Positions 9,601 through 18,200 of a stretch of DNA of 64,000 bases are shown one piece after another. Each line of letters starts with the position of its first letter. Position 1 is the stretch's first letter. The DNA lies in the IMG/VR virus record IMGVR_UViG_3300049629_001293, positions 34,465-98,464 of that record; one strand, written 5' to 3'. The position numbers and the translations under genes are program-made. This stretch comes from a virus (lineage: Duplodnaviria > Caudoviricetes). The notes under the pieces are model-generated. The model was not told the origin of the DNA. It did no database searches and was given only the letters and a program-made list of their open reading frames with translations.

Positions 9601-11728
9601 GTCCAATTCTTAGCCGTGCCTGTGTTTGCAATTGCCGATTTTTCCTGTATTCTCCATCCGTTAATCTAATACCTAATTTATCAGCTTCCTGTTGCTTTTT
9701 CTGAGCCACAGACAGTTTCTCAAGGGATTCAATAGCCAAATCCCCGTATTCCTCTGTTCGGGTTGCTAGTTCGGTTGTTGCCTTCGTAGAATCGTTTAAG
9801 GATTGACTATAAAGAACGAGTCCAACCCCTCCCAAAACCGCAGCCACAGCCAATAAAGGTGCTAATAGTGCTGCGGTTGATAGTACCAATCCTTTTATTG
9901 CAACACCCAATCCTCCGACCGTCAAAGTCCCCGCAGCCGCAGCCGATGACAATCCCAACAATGAACTCGCGGCACTCCCAGCACTTGCAGCCATCCCAGC
10001 CAAACCAAGGGAACTTAATACCCCCGACAAAACAAAAAATGCCGTGGTGGCACTACTTACAACACCAGCCAATTGAATTTTAATGAAGGACAATATCGCA
10101 GGGATTAATTGGGCGCGGAAGGCGATCGCTAAACCAGTAACAACAACTGTTGAGGTAATTAAAGCGGACTGCCACGATCCAACCAGAATGTTGATAACCT
10201 CACCCAAACCCCCTGCAACCCCTCCGAGAACCTCCATCAAGGCTTTATTCTGAAGAATAAATGTGTCAATTGCCTTAAACGCAGCAAAGGCGACAACCGC
10301 AACCCCGACACTCTTGAGGACATTCCCCAGTGCGGCGGTTGCAGCCGTGATTAGGGTCACAGATCCGGGTATCAGTCGGAGATTGGCGAATAATCGCGCC
10401 GCTCCTGTTGCACTAAAAACAGAAGCTCCCCCTAAACTTGTGAATGCTGCTGCCAATCCCCACGCGTTCCTTGCTAATAACAGCAGTAGCTGTCCCACGC
10501 CCGGAAGGAGAATATTCCCCAAAACCCCGAAAGCGGAGGTAAGTAACTTGACCCCAAAAACGAGAGATTTAACCTGTAGAGCAACTACTAAAAACCCACC
10601 AGCTAGAGGTGCTATAGCCCCTGACAAAGCCGAAAATAGATTCAGTGCTGGACGCAATACCGCCATTGTGAATCCCAGCCCTTGATTCAGTGCCTCCAAT
10701 GCGTTCGCCAGAGAGGTAAACAAGAATAGGGGGACATCTTTAAAAACCGTCACTACATCCCCCAAGACGGTTTTAAAAATAGATTGAAAAGCTAGACCCG
10801 CGCGAAGGATCTGATCTGTAACCTTCCCTGATTCACCCACCAACATCTCAAGGTTCGTTTGTAAAAACTTATAGACTTCGTTTAGGGATTGAGTCAAAGG
10901 TGCTAATAGTTTTTCCCCCGATCTTTGTCCTATTAATTCAAACATTTCTTGAATGTTTGACGTTACTCCAGAAAAACTCTGTGCGGCTAATTTATTTCCA
11001 GCCCTAAACGCAGACAATCGTGTGGTTAATTCCTGAACTAAAGTCCCTTGAGCCTTCCACTTGGCAACCATCGTGTTAGTTATTCCTAACGATTTAGCCA
11101 AGATAGAATTCATGTCAATTGTTCCTAGGAAAATTGATTGAATCTCTTGTCTACTTTGATATAAAGGAACCTGTAATGTCCCCAAAGCAGCTGCAAAGTC
11201 AATGGTTAGACTCCGTGCATCGCTTAGGGTAGCCCCGATAGGTGTAGCTCCTTGTGCGACCTGTTGAAATATTGGGATTAATTCCTTTGACGTGACCCCA
11301 ACTAGATCAATAGAATCAATCCTTAACTGTCTAATCTGATCATTTATAGGTTGATTGAGAGCTAAGATAGCCTGGGTGGGATCTTTAATCTCAAACCCAT
11401 TACTAATAATTTTTGAAGTTGCTGCCATCGTTGATGCGACCGATAGCAACTGCCCTTGTAGTTCGACAGTTTGTCCAATCAACAATTTAAACGGGCCGTT
11501 AGAAACCAACCCTCGAAGCGTTGACATCCCCTGCCCAAAGAATCCAATAACTGAGGTCGTCTGAACAATTGAGCTTGTCACTCCCCCAAAAGATTCACGG
11601 AATAAATCAAAAACCTGCAAAGGCTGACGCAGACCGAGGAGGCTTTCCCCTAGATCCCTGATTACATCGACAGCCTGGCTGGCGTTTGCTGTAATCGTAA
11701 TAGTAGTCCCGCCAAATCCTGCCACCAT
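6683..11728 (-). CDS. Tail tape measure protein
   Basis: 1681 aa; N-terminal tape-measure region, central hydrophobic Ala/Gly/Leu-rich stretch, long coiled coil, C-terminal TISPTINIPITVNG motif. Confidence 0.85.
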   Translation of the reverse strand: MVAGFGGTTITITANASQAVDVIRDLGESLLGLRQPLQVFDLFRESFGGVTSSIVQTTSVIGFFGQGMSTLRGLVSNGPFKLLIGQTVELQGQLLSVASTMAATSKIISNGFEIKDPTQAILALNQPINDQIRQLRIDSIDLVGVTSKELIPIFQQVAQGATPIGATLSDARSLTIDFAAALGTLQVPLYQSRQEIQSIFLGTIDMNSILAKSLGITNTMVAKWKAQGTLVQELTTRLSAFRAGNKLAAQSFSGVTSNIQEMFELIGQRSGEKLLAPLTQSLNEVYKFLQTNLEMLVGESGKVTDQILRAGLAFQSIFKTVLGDVVTVFKDVPLFLFTSLANALEALNQGLGFTMAVLRPALNLFSALSGAIAPLAGGFLVVALQVKSLVFGVKLLTSAFGVLGNILLPGVGQLLLLLARNAWGLAAAFTSLGGASVFSATGAARLFANLRLIPGSVTLITAATAALGNVLKSVGVAVVAFAAFKAIDTFILQNKALMEVLGGVAGGLGEVINILVGSWQSALITSTVVVTGLAIAFRAQLIPAILSFIKIQLAGVVSSATTAFFVLSGVLSSLGLAGMAASAGSAASSLLGLSSAAAAGTLTVGGLGVAIKGLVLSTAALLAPLLAVAAVLGGVGLVLYSQSLNDSTKATTELATRTEEYGDLAIESLEKLSVAQKKQQEADKLGIRLTDGEYRKNRQLQTQARLRIGLIEDQIAALKEQERTVKGDANKSNIQSQIGELEKLKTALAQASSNVVIAPKDLTVLGTALEQLKKKANEAMDAILKPSGDQEVFKKKASEVIEFNMALLEMGQTIDRDVTSKLRQLAHDTRLDQEVQRKAQETITKVIEQESKKRSDTIAKQKAEIESQQKNGEIGIRESERLTTELTIKELEERKAAQQRIQSEQQSFGNLEAVRKAGEEIKKIESDITKAIAEERSKRNEELVKNFQEQQSIIEGYLAQGLSTEENYNSQKSQLQIKGLDEQIRQQQNKLKKLADTDKEGREAVNAEIGKLQVQRQKTIKDGYDQELSTLEKQLKKTVDLVKEAELIRQNEVQRSFNEFGGDRNLVDEENIKNNLKTLESEYNNTFKKLEAKKAQPALSDPRLEANRQTEIRKLRQEQLQQSLGMLKTEKEAWDAHTQTVLGNIAKENDAQLLSIEKQISSGNALRELEGASSATDKVQELEFQLSREKDVNKQAKLRLSLEEATREEREAWAALEIAETEIKNTKEIIALKTLLNQGKIFGEEYDLTIAQQAIRTLQTKISLETDASEKIKLQLQLVEAQGQLIDAIVRKYEAGLNKEAQAYENTIKRQNNELDNQSRKFDILNKALQMRSELQDAQKGVFDAASSFYSGELDALVQGERSERKKKQLAELISAIKLKSAMQQAEFDRQSLISQQLMKDIEIERDKLAARRALNDAKVEKRKADNALKSAKKDPRTTPEELDDLQTAADIAGENVGYQEQNLDLLRRQDINQSKVFKLQREALEFRSQGAIRSAQVDLANNTSNRSLKRQRFTDITASVLDGFGVDSVSDLTGRAAATGEQALRESGLKGSRRLPGGMSAEGTMRSIRGDGEFSGATGSASSEIYKLTGGLGGGSAPSPQLTDPLKLPSALSPVLSPSIPPDFLRALQQATEKGQTTISPTINIPITVNGDQKVGESIKKQVEPRLENVIQQMVNLSRN

Positions 11729-11877
11729 CTAAAAATCCCCCTTTTCCTTGCTATGATTAAGAGACAGTTTTAATTAAATACTACGCATTGGTTTAATTGC
11801 ATTGGTTTAATTGAATTGTAACAATAAAACCCCAAGAATACCTGGGGCTTTATTGTTCTCCCTACTTGTTAGGGAAA

Positions 11878-12402
11878 TTAATTGATTGGAAACGAAGACA
11901 TCTCAGCGTTTAATTGCTCTATCTGCTGTTTGATTTCCCGAAACCGTGATTCATTCAAGGACGAGGCGTTATGGACATTCCCCTTAACAGACACTTGAAT
12001 CCCCCCTAATAGTAAAGCAATCTTCTGATCTCCAAATTGCTTCCCAATCTGGTCTGCGGCTTGTTTCAATAGGGCAATCTTTTCTAGGATTTCAGTGGAG
12101 GATCTTTCTTCTGAAGGGAGAGCTTCAACTGCGGCAATCCGTTTGTCAATAACCGCCACTACTAATTTTGCCACAAAATCGACAATTTGATAGGTGTCAA
12201 TCAATGGGTAAACATATCCCTCTGAGGAGTAGAAGAAATGTTCGGGGATTGAGGGACAGACAGCTTTTAAGGTGTTGCTAATTTTATTAAGCGACTCCGC
12301 GCTAGTGAATCCATCTTTTGTGCCTTCTATAGCCCAATTCAACATAAAATCCACAGGTTTTTCCAGGGGATACTCAACACCGTCCAATACAATAGAAGCC
12401 AT
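11878..12402 (-). CDS. Hypothetical protein, possible tail assembly chaperone
   Basis: 174 aa, immediately upstream of the tape measure gene; positional inference only. Confidence 0.35.
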   Translation of the reverse strand: MASIVLDGVEYPLEKPVDFMLNWAIEGTKDGFTSAESLNKISNTLKAVCPSIPEHFFYSSEGYVYPLIDTYQIVDFVAKLVVAVIDKRIAAVEALPSEERSSTEILEKIALLKQAADQIGKQFGDQKIALLLGGIQVSVKGNVHNASSLNESRFREIKQQIEQLNAEMSSFPIN

Positions 12403-12525
12403 ACATTTTAATCCTATAATTTCTTAACTATTCTATCAAAAAATTAGTATTATTGGAAAATTCAAACAATTCACCAGAGAGGATGTGAAATTAGTGGGGC
12501 GTTTATTCTGATTGACCTATTAATT

Positions 12526-14085
12526 TCAGTTCCCTTGCCTAACTACAGAATAGATAAAATCAAACATTTCTGGATCGTTCTTAGCTAGGTAAATAGGGTT
12601 CCTGTGCATTAATTCTAATCCCATTGATAAAACCTCTGTATTATACATATTACTCCCGTACACTTTCCCCATGTAAGGATGTATCCATTTATCAACCTTG
12701 GTAACTTCGTAATCTTCGTAATTAAGTGGATGTACATCTTTTAATTTTACTATCTCCTCTCCGGCAGTTCTTCTATTATAAAAATTAAGCACCTCTTTGT
12801 GTATTAAAGGGGAACGATCCTCTATCCAATGCCCAGCTTCATGTATTAATGTTGCTTTCTCCGTGGTTCCCATGTCAATAGTCCCCGTTGGCCAGCAACA
12901 GCTTCTTTGTCCTTGTTTTATTTCACGGATAGACAATGTACTGGTTAACCCTGGAATTTCAATCATTCGAGAAAGTTCTTCTATCCCATCCTGATATTCT
13001 TTTTTTCTCTTTTTATCTAAAACTGTATTGTTAGTATTGATTTTTGTGGGATTATCCACATAGATTAATTTTCTGGCTTCTTGAAGAATTGCCTTAATTC
13101 TTTCGTTCGTCTTGGCTCCAGTGTAGTATTCAATGTTTTCATTTGTTAAAAATTGAGCTATAACCTTTTTAGGTAAAAATCGGGGTACGGGAGGGGAATT
13201 GTTTAAGTCTTCCTGTAATTTTAATAACTGCGCTCTTTTCCCTTGTGCTTCGATCATCAATGCGTCTCGTCTTCCCTTCCGTTGTTCCAATAAAATATCT
13301 AATTCTGCATCTTTAGCCTCTTTCTCCTTTCTTTCTTTCTCCCATTTCGCTCTAATCTGATCTGCTTTTATTCTAAGTTGTTCTGATATTGTTCTGAACT
13401 TCTCATCTACCTCATTAGCTTTTTTGAGACGTTCTTGTTCCTCTAGCATTACCTGTTTCTGTTTTTCTGATTTCTTTACTTCATATTCTTTCCTTTTTCT
13501 TTGTACTTCCTCCCAGTCCTTTATTAACAAGGGTTCTGTTATTTTCTTGAGTTCATCAGCTTTTTTAAGAAATTCTTTTTCTTCTTCGGGTAAAATACCT
13601 GGTTTCGTTGATCGTCTTAAATATTTTGCTCGTAATTCGTTTAATTTAAAAAGCCTTTCCTGAGAAAAATCGTCCTGAGCATTGGCTCTGCAACTTTTCT
13701 TGATATTGATACAAATACTTCCACAATTATAGGAAGTTGGCTTTACACACTGGGCTTTCTCCCTTTTCGCTCCCCCTGCATCAATTCGGTAAGAATAACC
13801 TGCTGAGAAGTCTTCCCAATTCTTTAAATCAACACCCCGACTATCAATTCTAGGGGTGAATGGTTTATAAACAACCGACTTCCTGTTTATCTCAAAGGAA
13901 AACACACGAGATCTGGTTAAGTCCTTAAACCGCCCTGTTATCTTTTCATTCTCCAGGGTTCCAGGATCGAAATCTAGCACAATGACCGGAGCATTATAGG
14001 CAAATGACATTGACAGAATTTGACCTATTGCCAATCTCATCTGAGCTTCGGAAGGTGCCATGTTAGGGGCAAAAGATTGAACCAT
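12526..14085 (-). CDS. Paralogous effector A: shared N module + Cys4 motif + coiled coil + HExxH metallopeptidase
   Basis: PSEAQMRLAIGQILS..FAYNAPV module, CVKPTSYNCGSICINIKKSC, LIHEAGHWIE...TEVLSMGLE. Confidence 0.75.
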   Translation of the reverse strand: MVQSFAPNMAPSEAQMRLAIGQILSMSFAYNAPVIVLDFDPGTLENEKITGRFKDLTRSRVFSFEINRKSVVYKPFTPRIDSRGVDLKNWEDFSAGYSYRIDAGGAKREKAQCVKPTSYNCGSICINIKKSCRANAQDDFSQERLFKLNELRAKYLRRSTKPGILPEEEKEFLKKADELKKITEPLLIKDWEEVQRKRKEYEVKKSEKQKQVMLEEQERLKKANEVDEKFRTISEQLRIKADQIRAKWEKERKEKEAKDAELDILLEQRKGRRDALMIEAQGKRAQLLKLQEDLNNSPPVPRFLPKKVIAQFLTNENIEYYTGAKTNERIKAILQEARKLIYVDNPTKINTNNTVLDKKRKKEYQDGIEELSRMIEIPGLTSTLSIREIKQGQRSCCWPTGTIDMGTTEKATLIHEAGHWIEDRSPLIHKEVLNFYNRRTAGEEIVKLKDVHPLNYEDYEVTKVDKWIHPYMGKVYGSNMYNTEVLSMGLELMHRNPIYLAKNDPEMFDFIYSVVRQGN

Positions 14086-14093
14086 GATTCTAC

Positions 14094-14393
14094 TTAATAA
14101 ACAATTTCAGACTCATCAACCACTTTCCCGTTAATTACCAAAGGAGGAGGAGCAATAGGTTGATCCATCACTGTCCCGTCAAAAGTCTTCGCCAGTTCTG
14201 TTGCAATCAACCAATCGGGGTCGGGAGTTGCAGGGGAATTAAGCCAGAAGAAAGGCGAGTCAGGGTCTATGGCTGCCAATTTCTCCATTGCTAATACATT
14301 GTTCAGGATCGAGGCATAATGGGGCGTTGAGGATGTCCAAACTCCATTCTCAATAACTGCCACTACACCGTTGATTTTGACGCGATAAGCCAT
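14094..14393 (-). CDS. Small acidic/Pro-rich protein, possible partner or inhibitor of the peptidase effectors
   Basis: 99 aa, tightly coupled between two peptidase paralogs. Confidence 0.45.
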   Translation of the reverse strand: MAYRVKINGVVAVIENGVWTSSTPHYASILNNVLAMEKLAAIDPDSPFFWLNSPATPDPDWLIATELAKTFDGTVMDQPIAPPPLVINGKVVDESEIVY

Positions 14394-14394
14394 G

Positions 14395-15561
14395 TTAACC
14401 TCTTCTAACTACCGAATAAATAAAATCAAACATATCGGGGTCTTGTTTAGCGAGTGCGACTGGATTCCTATACATTAATTCTAAACCCATTGAGAGAATT
14501 TCCGTTGACTCGTCAGGATAAACTTTTCCCATATAAGGACGCATCCATTTATCAACCTTTGTTATTTCAGTATCTCTATACGATTTGATTCCGGTTGCGT
14601 CTCGCATTTTGACCGCTTTTTCTCCCTTTGTCCTGCGATTGTAAAATTCTACAACTTCTTTCTTTATTTCTGGGACGGAGTATTCTATCCAGTGACTTAA
14701 TTCGTGAATAACTGTACCAGGGTCATCATTCCCCATTGACACGGTTTTATCTGCATTATTATAATAACTTCTCTTATCTCCCTCTGGCAAGCCTTTGACA
14801 TTAACCTTACTCGTTAAACCAGGAATTGACACCATTAAAGACAGTGATTGAATCCCCTCATCCCATCGGGATTTATTCTTTTTATCTTTTACTTTAACAT
14901 TAAGATTTGTAGGTAAGTTGACTTGAACTAATTTCCTGACTTCACTTGAAAACCTTTTGAAGTCTTCTGATGCAGCCTCTAATTCTCTTAATTTACCTTC
15001 ACTTAAAATATCAGCCAATGGCGGATTCGTTTTTAATAGTTTATCAATTTCTTTCTTTGTTCTTTTTATTAATTTAGCTAAGTATTTCTCTGGCTTTCCA
15101 TCGTCAATAGCCTTTATAATAGCACTACCTTTGTGTTTAGAAGGATCAAATTTAGATATAAAATCCTCTGACATTTTATCTAATCGTCCCCTAACTTCTT
15201 TCGCTTCTTCTAATAACCTAACTTTTCTTTGTTCTGGGGTTTCTGGTTTATTTATTGGTTTCTCTTTAGCAAGCAAGGGAATGTCGGGGGTGAAATCATT
15301 GATTGACTTTAAGTTGTCGACACCAGGAGGAATAATAGGATTGGATTTAATAGCCTTTTCTTTTGCAGACCTTCTACTAACGGCGGTAACGTAATCAATT
15401 CCTATCGCTTTTAGCTTCTCAAGCCTATCCTTTGACCTAGAATCATTCGGAACTATCCTGCAATTTTTCTTAACATTAATGCAAGATAGACCACAATTAT
15501 AGGAAGTAGTCTTTACACATTGAGCTTTCTTTTCCCTCTTGTCTTCTCTATATTTAATCAT
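14395..15561 (-). CDS. Paralogous effector B: Cys4 motif + HExxH metallopeptidase (no N module)
   Basis: YREDK, CVKTTSYNCGLSCINVKKNC, VIHELSHWIE...TEILSMGLE. Confidence 0.75.
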   Translation of the reverse strand: MIKYREDKREKKAQCVKTTSYNCGLSCINVKKNCRIVPNDSRSKDRLEKLKAIGIDYVTAVSRRSAKEKAIKSNPIIPPGVDNLKSINDFTPDIPLLAKEKPINKPETPEQRKVRLLEEAKEVRGRLDKMSEDFISKFDPSKHKGSAIIKAIDDGKPEKYLAKLIKRTKKEIDKLLKTNPPLADILSEGKLRELEAASEDFKRFSSEVRKLVQVNLPTNLNVKVKDKKNKSRWDEGIQSLSLMVSIPGLTSKVNVKGLPEGDKRSYYNNADKTVSMGNDDPGTVIHELSHWIEYSVPEIKKEVVEFYNRRTKGEKAVKMRDATGIKSYRDTEITKVDKWMRPYMGKVYPDESTEILSMGLELMYRNPVALAKQDPDMFDFIYSVVRRG

Positions 15562-16658
15562 TTTCTCCTCACAACACTATAAATAAAATCAAACATTTCA
15601 GGATCATTCTTGGCTAGATATACCGGATTCCTATACATTAATTCCATCCCCATTGATAATATTTCAGAAGCATTTTTATATTCTTTGCCCATATAAGGAT
15701 TTAACCATTTATCAACTTTTGTAACCTCATCATCTCTATAGTTCTTGTTTCCTGTAACTTCGCTCATCTTAACGGTTTTTTCCCCTGCCGTTCGCTTTTC
15801 GTAAAAAGATTCAACTTCTTCTCTAATCCCTGGCACTTTCTCCTCTAGCCAATGACTCATCTCGTGAACTACAACAGCAGGGTCAGGATTCCCCATATAA
15901 ACATTATTTGTTTTCGGTTTGTAATAGCTTCTCCCTTTTCTTTCTGGCGGAGCATTAACTATATTAACTGGAGCATCCAGCCCTGGAATTGAGATCATTT
16001 TTTGGAATACCTCAACACCTTTTTGATGGGATCTAGGATTTCCGGTTTTGACGGATGAATTCAACTTAGTTGGACTATCCACTTCTACCAATTTTCTAGC
16101 CTTCTCTAAAAAAGCCTGAGCTTCTTTGTTCGAGGTATTAAACACTCTCTCCGCCCTTGCTGATAGCCTCTCAGCCTCTTGTGGGTCTTCTTGCGACAAA
16201 CCCTTGATTTTCTTACTGTAAAGAAGTTTATTCTTTTTAAGTTGCCGAACGGGGTTCTCCGATTCAAGTAACGAGGCAGTCCCTTTCTTCGTAACAGATG
16301 TTTCGCTAACGCCCTCGTATAATTTCAGCAGTTCCTCTCGCTTGCTTGCAGCCTCCGCTTTTAGTCGTGCTTTCCTGCGAGCTTGATTGATAATCTTCCT
16401 GTCCACTGCCAACTCGGACGCTTCTGTTTTTCTGGCTTTTTCTACCACGCCAACCAATTCATCGGCCGCGGCTTTTTGCCTTAAAGACCTTGCTGACTTC
16501 GATTTTGATTGAGCATAGAATTGAGAGATTTGTTTTAACCTCTGAAGACGCGATCGCCCAAAAGATTCAGAAGGGACTTGCCGGCAATTTTTAGAGACGT
16601 TAATACAGGCGTTGCCACAGTTATAGGATGTTGGCTTTTCGCATTTGGGCTTCTTCAT
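15558..16658 (-). CDS. Paralogous effector C: Cys4 motif + HExxH metallopeptidase (no N module)
   Basis: CEKPTSYNCGNACINVSKNC, VVHEMSHWLE...SEILSMGME. Confidence 0.75.
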   Translation of the reverse strand: MKKPKCEKPTSYNCGNACINVSKNCRQVPSESFGRSRLQRLKQISQFYAQSKSKSARSLRQKAAADELVGVVEKARKTEASELAVDRKIINQARRKARLKAEAASKREELLKLYEGVSETSVTKKGTASLLESENPVRQLKKNKLLYSKKIKGLSQEDPQEAERLSARAERVFNTSNKEAQAFLEKARKLVEVDSPTKLNSSVKTGNPRSHQKGVEVFQKMISIPGLDAPVNIVNAPPERKGRSYYKPKTNNVYMGNPDPAVVVHEMSHWLEEKVPGIREEVESFYEKRTAGEKTVKMSEVTGNKNYRDDEVTKVDKWLNPYMGKEYKNASEILSMGMELMYRNPVYLAKNDPEMFDFIYSVVRRK

Positions 16659-16773
16659 TTCAGAACATCACCATTAAGTTTATTGGGTTACTTTTTTGTA
16701 TTGATTTTTCTTCGAGATAAAGCATAATTAATAGTAGGAATTAACTATGTTTTATTTGGGATTGAGTCGTCGC

Positions 16774-18189
16774 TTAAATTTCTTCTACTTCGACATATAT
16801 TGTGCCATCTTTTTTTGTGACATTCTTAACCTTATGTTTTGCACTTTTTGGTACAACAACTTCGGACACCCACTCATAACCCTCTGGGGTAAGGTTTTGA
16901 ATAGATGCACCCGTTTTATTTATCGCCTTAAGCACAACACGTTGTCCAGCATCACCGGCTCCTCTAAAACCAGCAAATTTTTCGGCAGTCTTGGGATCGG
17001 TAGTCCATGAAGCATGGGCACCTTGATTGTCTAATACCCCATCTTTGTCCCCTTTTAGCCAATTCATAGCTTCATCTTCTGAATCAAAATTCATCCCCCT
17101 CTGTATCTCTCCCTTGTATGGGGTCGAATTTGCAAGATATTTAGAAATTAAATTTGCTCCTACGTTTGGTCTATTTTCTTTTTGTGATCTTCTAATTGCT
17201 TCGGAATTATAAACCCACGATCTGACATATTTAACAGTCGCCTTAGCCTCGCCTTCTGTTATTTCAATTCCTTTCTTCCTGGCCATCTCATAGTATTCTT
17301 GTGGGTTTTTAGGTGTACTTTCATGAGTCCCATCACCAATCAAATTTGTTGGCTCAGGCTTCTTGGTCTCTGGTTCAGGTTTTTTAGTTTCTTCCTTTGG
17401 TTTAGATGCTTCTTTCTTTGGTTTAGATGCTTCTTTCTCTGGAGATTGAGTGGAACTTGGCGCTGTCGTTTTTTGGGATTTTATGTAGTTAGCAACACCA
17501 TCTTTTATTTTTGATAATTGAGTGCCACTAACCCCGGCTTTCGTTGCAGCTTCTTCTAGTTTAAGAACACTAACTCCTGCTTTCTTTGCCAAACCTTCTA
17601 TCTGAGCAATGGAAAGAGTTTTTGCTTTTTCTTTCGTCTGTTTTTCTGCTGGTTTTTTCGTTTCAGCATTAGGATCTGTTTTAGCTGTTTTAGTTACTTC
17701 TGATGCCTTGGGTTTTTCTGTTACTTTGGTTGTTTTTGCATAATCCTTCCCTACTTCCTTTAATTTACTAAGCCTCTCCTGTGAATTACTATCTTCCGTG
17801 CTGGATTTGCAGTTATTCTTAATATTGATACAGGCTTTCCCACAATTATACGCTGTCGGTTTAACACACTGTGGCTTCTTATTACCTCCTATCCCCGCAT
17901 CTACCCGATAGGAGTAGCCACTAGAGAATTCCTCCCAGTCATCTACGCTATCCATCCGTCCTGGGGTGTAAGGTTTAAAAGTGACTGATTGCCCTTTGAT
18001 ATTAAATGAAAAAATACGGGGACGGGTTGCATCCTTGAATTTGCCTTCAAACTCCCCTTGATCATTTACCGAAAAATCCAATATCACCACCGGAGCATTA
18101 TAGGCAAATGGTTGAGACAGAGTTTGGGCGATCGCCAACTTCATCTGTGGCTCGGTTGGCGTGGCATCTTTTCTAGTCGTTGAACTCAT
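16774..18189 (-). CDS. Paralogous effector D: N module + Cys4 + ADP-ribosyltransferase (R-S-E clade)
   Basis: YKGEIQRG (R), HASWTTD (S), WVSEVVV (E). Confidence 0.7.
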   Translation of the reverse strand: MSSTTRKDATPTEPQMKLAIAQTLSQPFAYNAPVVILDFSVNDQGEFEGKFKDATRPRIFSFNIKGQSVTFKPYTPGRMDSVDDWEEFSSGYSYRVDAGIGGNKKPQCVKPTAYNCGKACINIKNNCKSSTEDSNSQERLSKLKEVGKDYAKTTKVTEKPKASEVTKTAKTDPNAETKKPAEKQTKEKAKTLSIAQIEGLAKKAGVSVLKLEEAATKAGVSGTQLSKIKDGVANYIKSQKTTAPSSTQSPEKEASKPKKEASKPKEETKKPEPETKKPEPTNLIGDGTHESTPKNPQEYYEMARKKGIEITEGEAKATVKYVRSWVYNSEAIRRSQKENRPNVGANLISKYLANSTPYKGEIQRGMNFDSEDEAMNWLKGDKDGVLDNQGAHASWTTDPKTAEKFAGFRGAGDAGQRVVLKAINKTGASIQNLTPEGYEWVSEVVVPKSAKHKVKNVTKKDGTIYVEVEEI

Positions 18190-18200
18190 GGTTAAATCTC

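Noticed and set aside
7023-11564. Plus-strand ORFs inside the tape measure gene, and similar antisense ORFs inside the effectors, capsid, portal and dnaN
   Set aside because: They are antisense shadows of long, well-supported genes, with low-complexity translations and no motifs.
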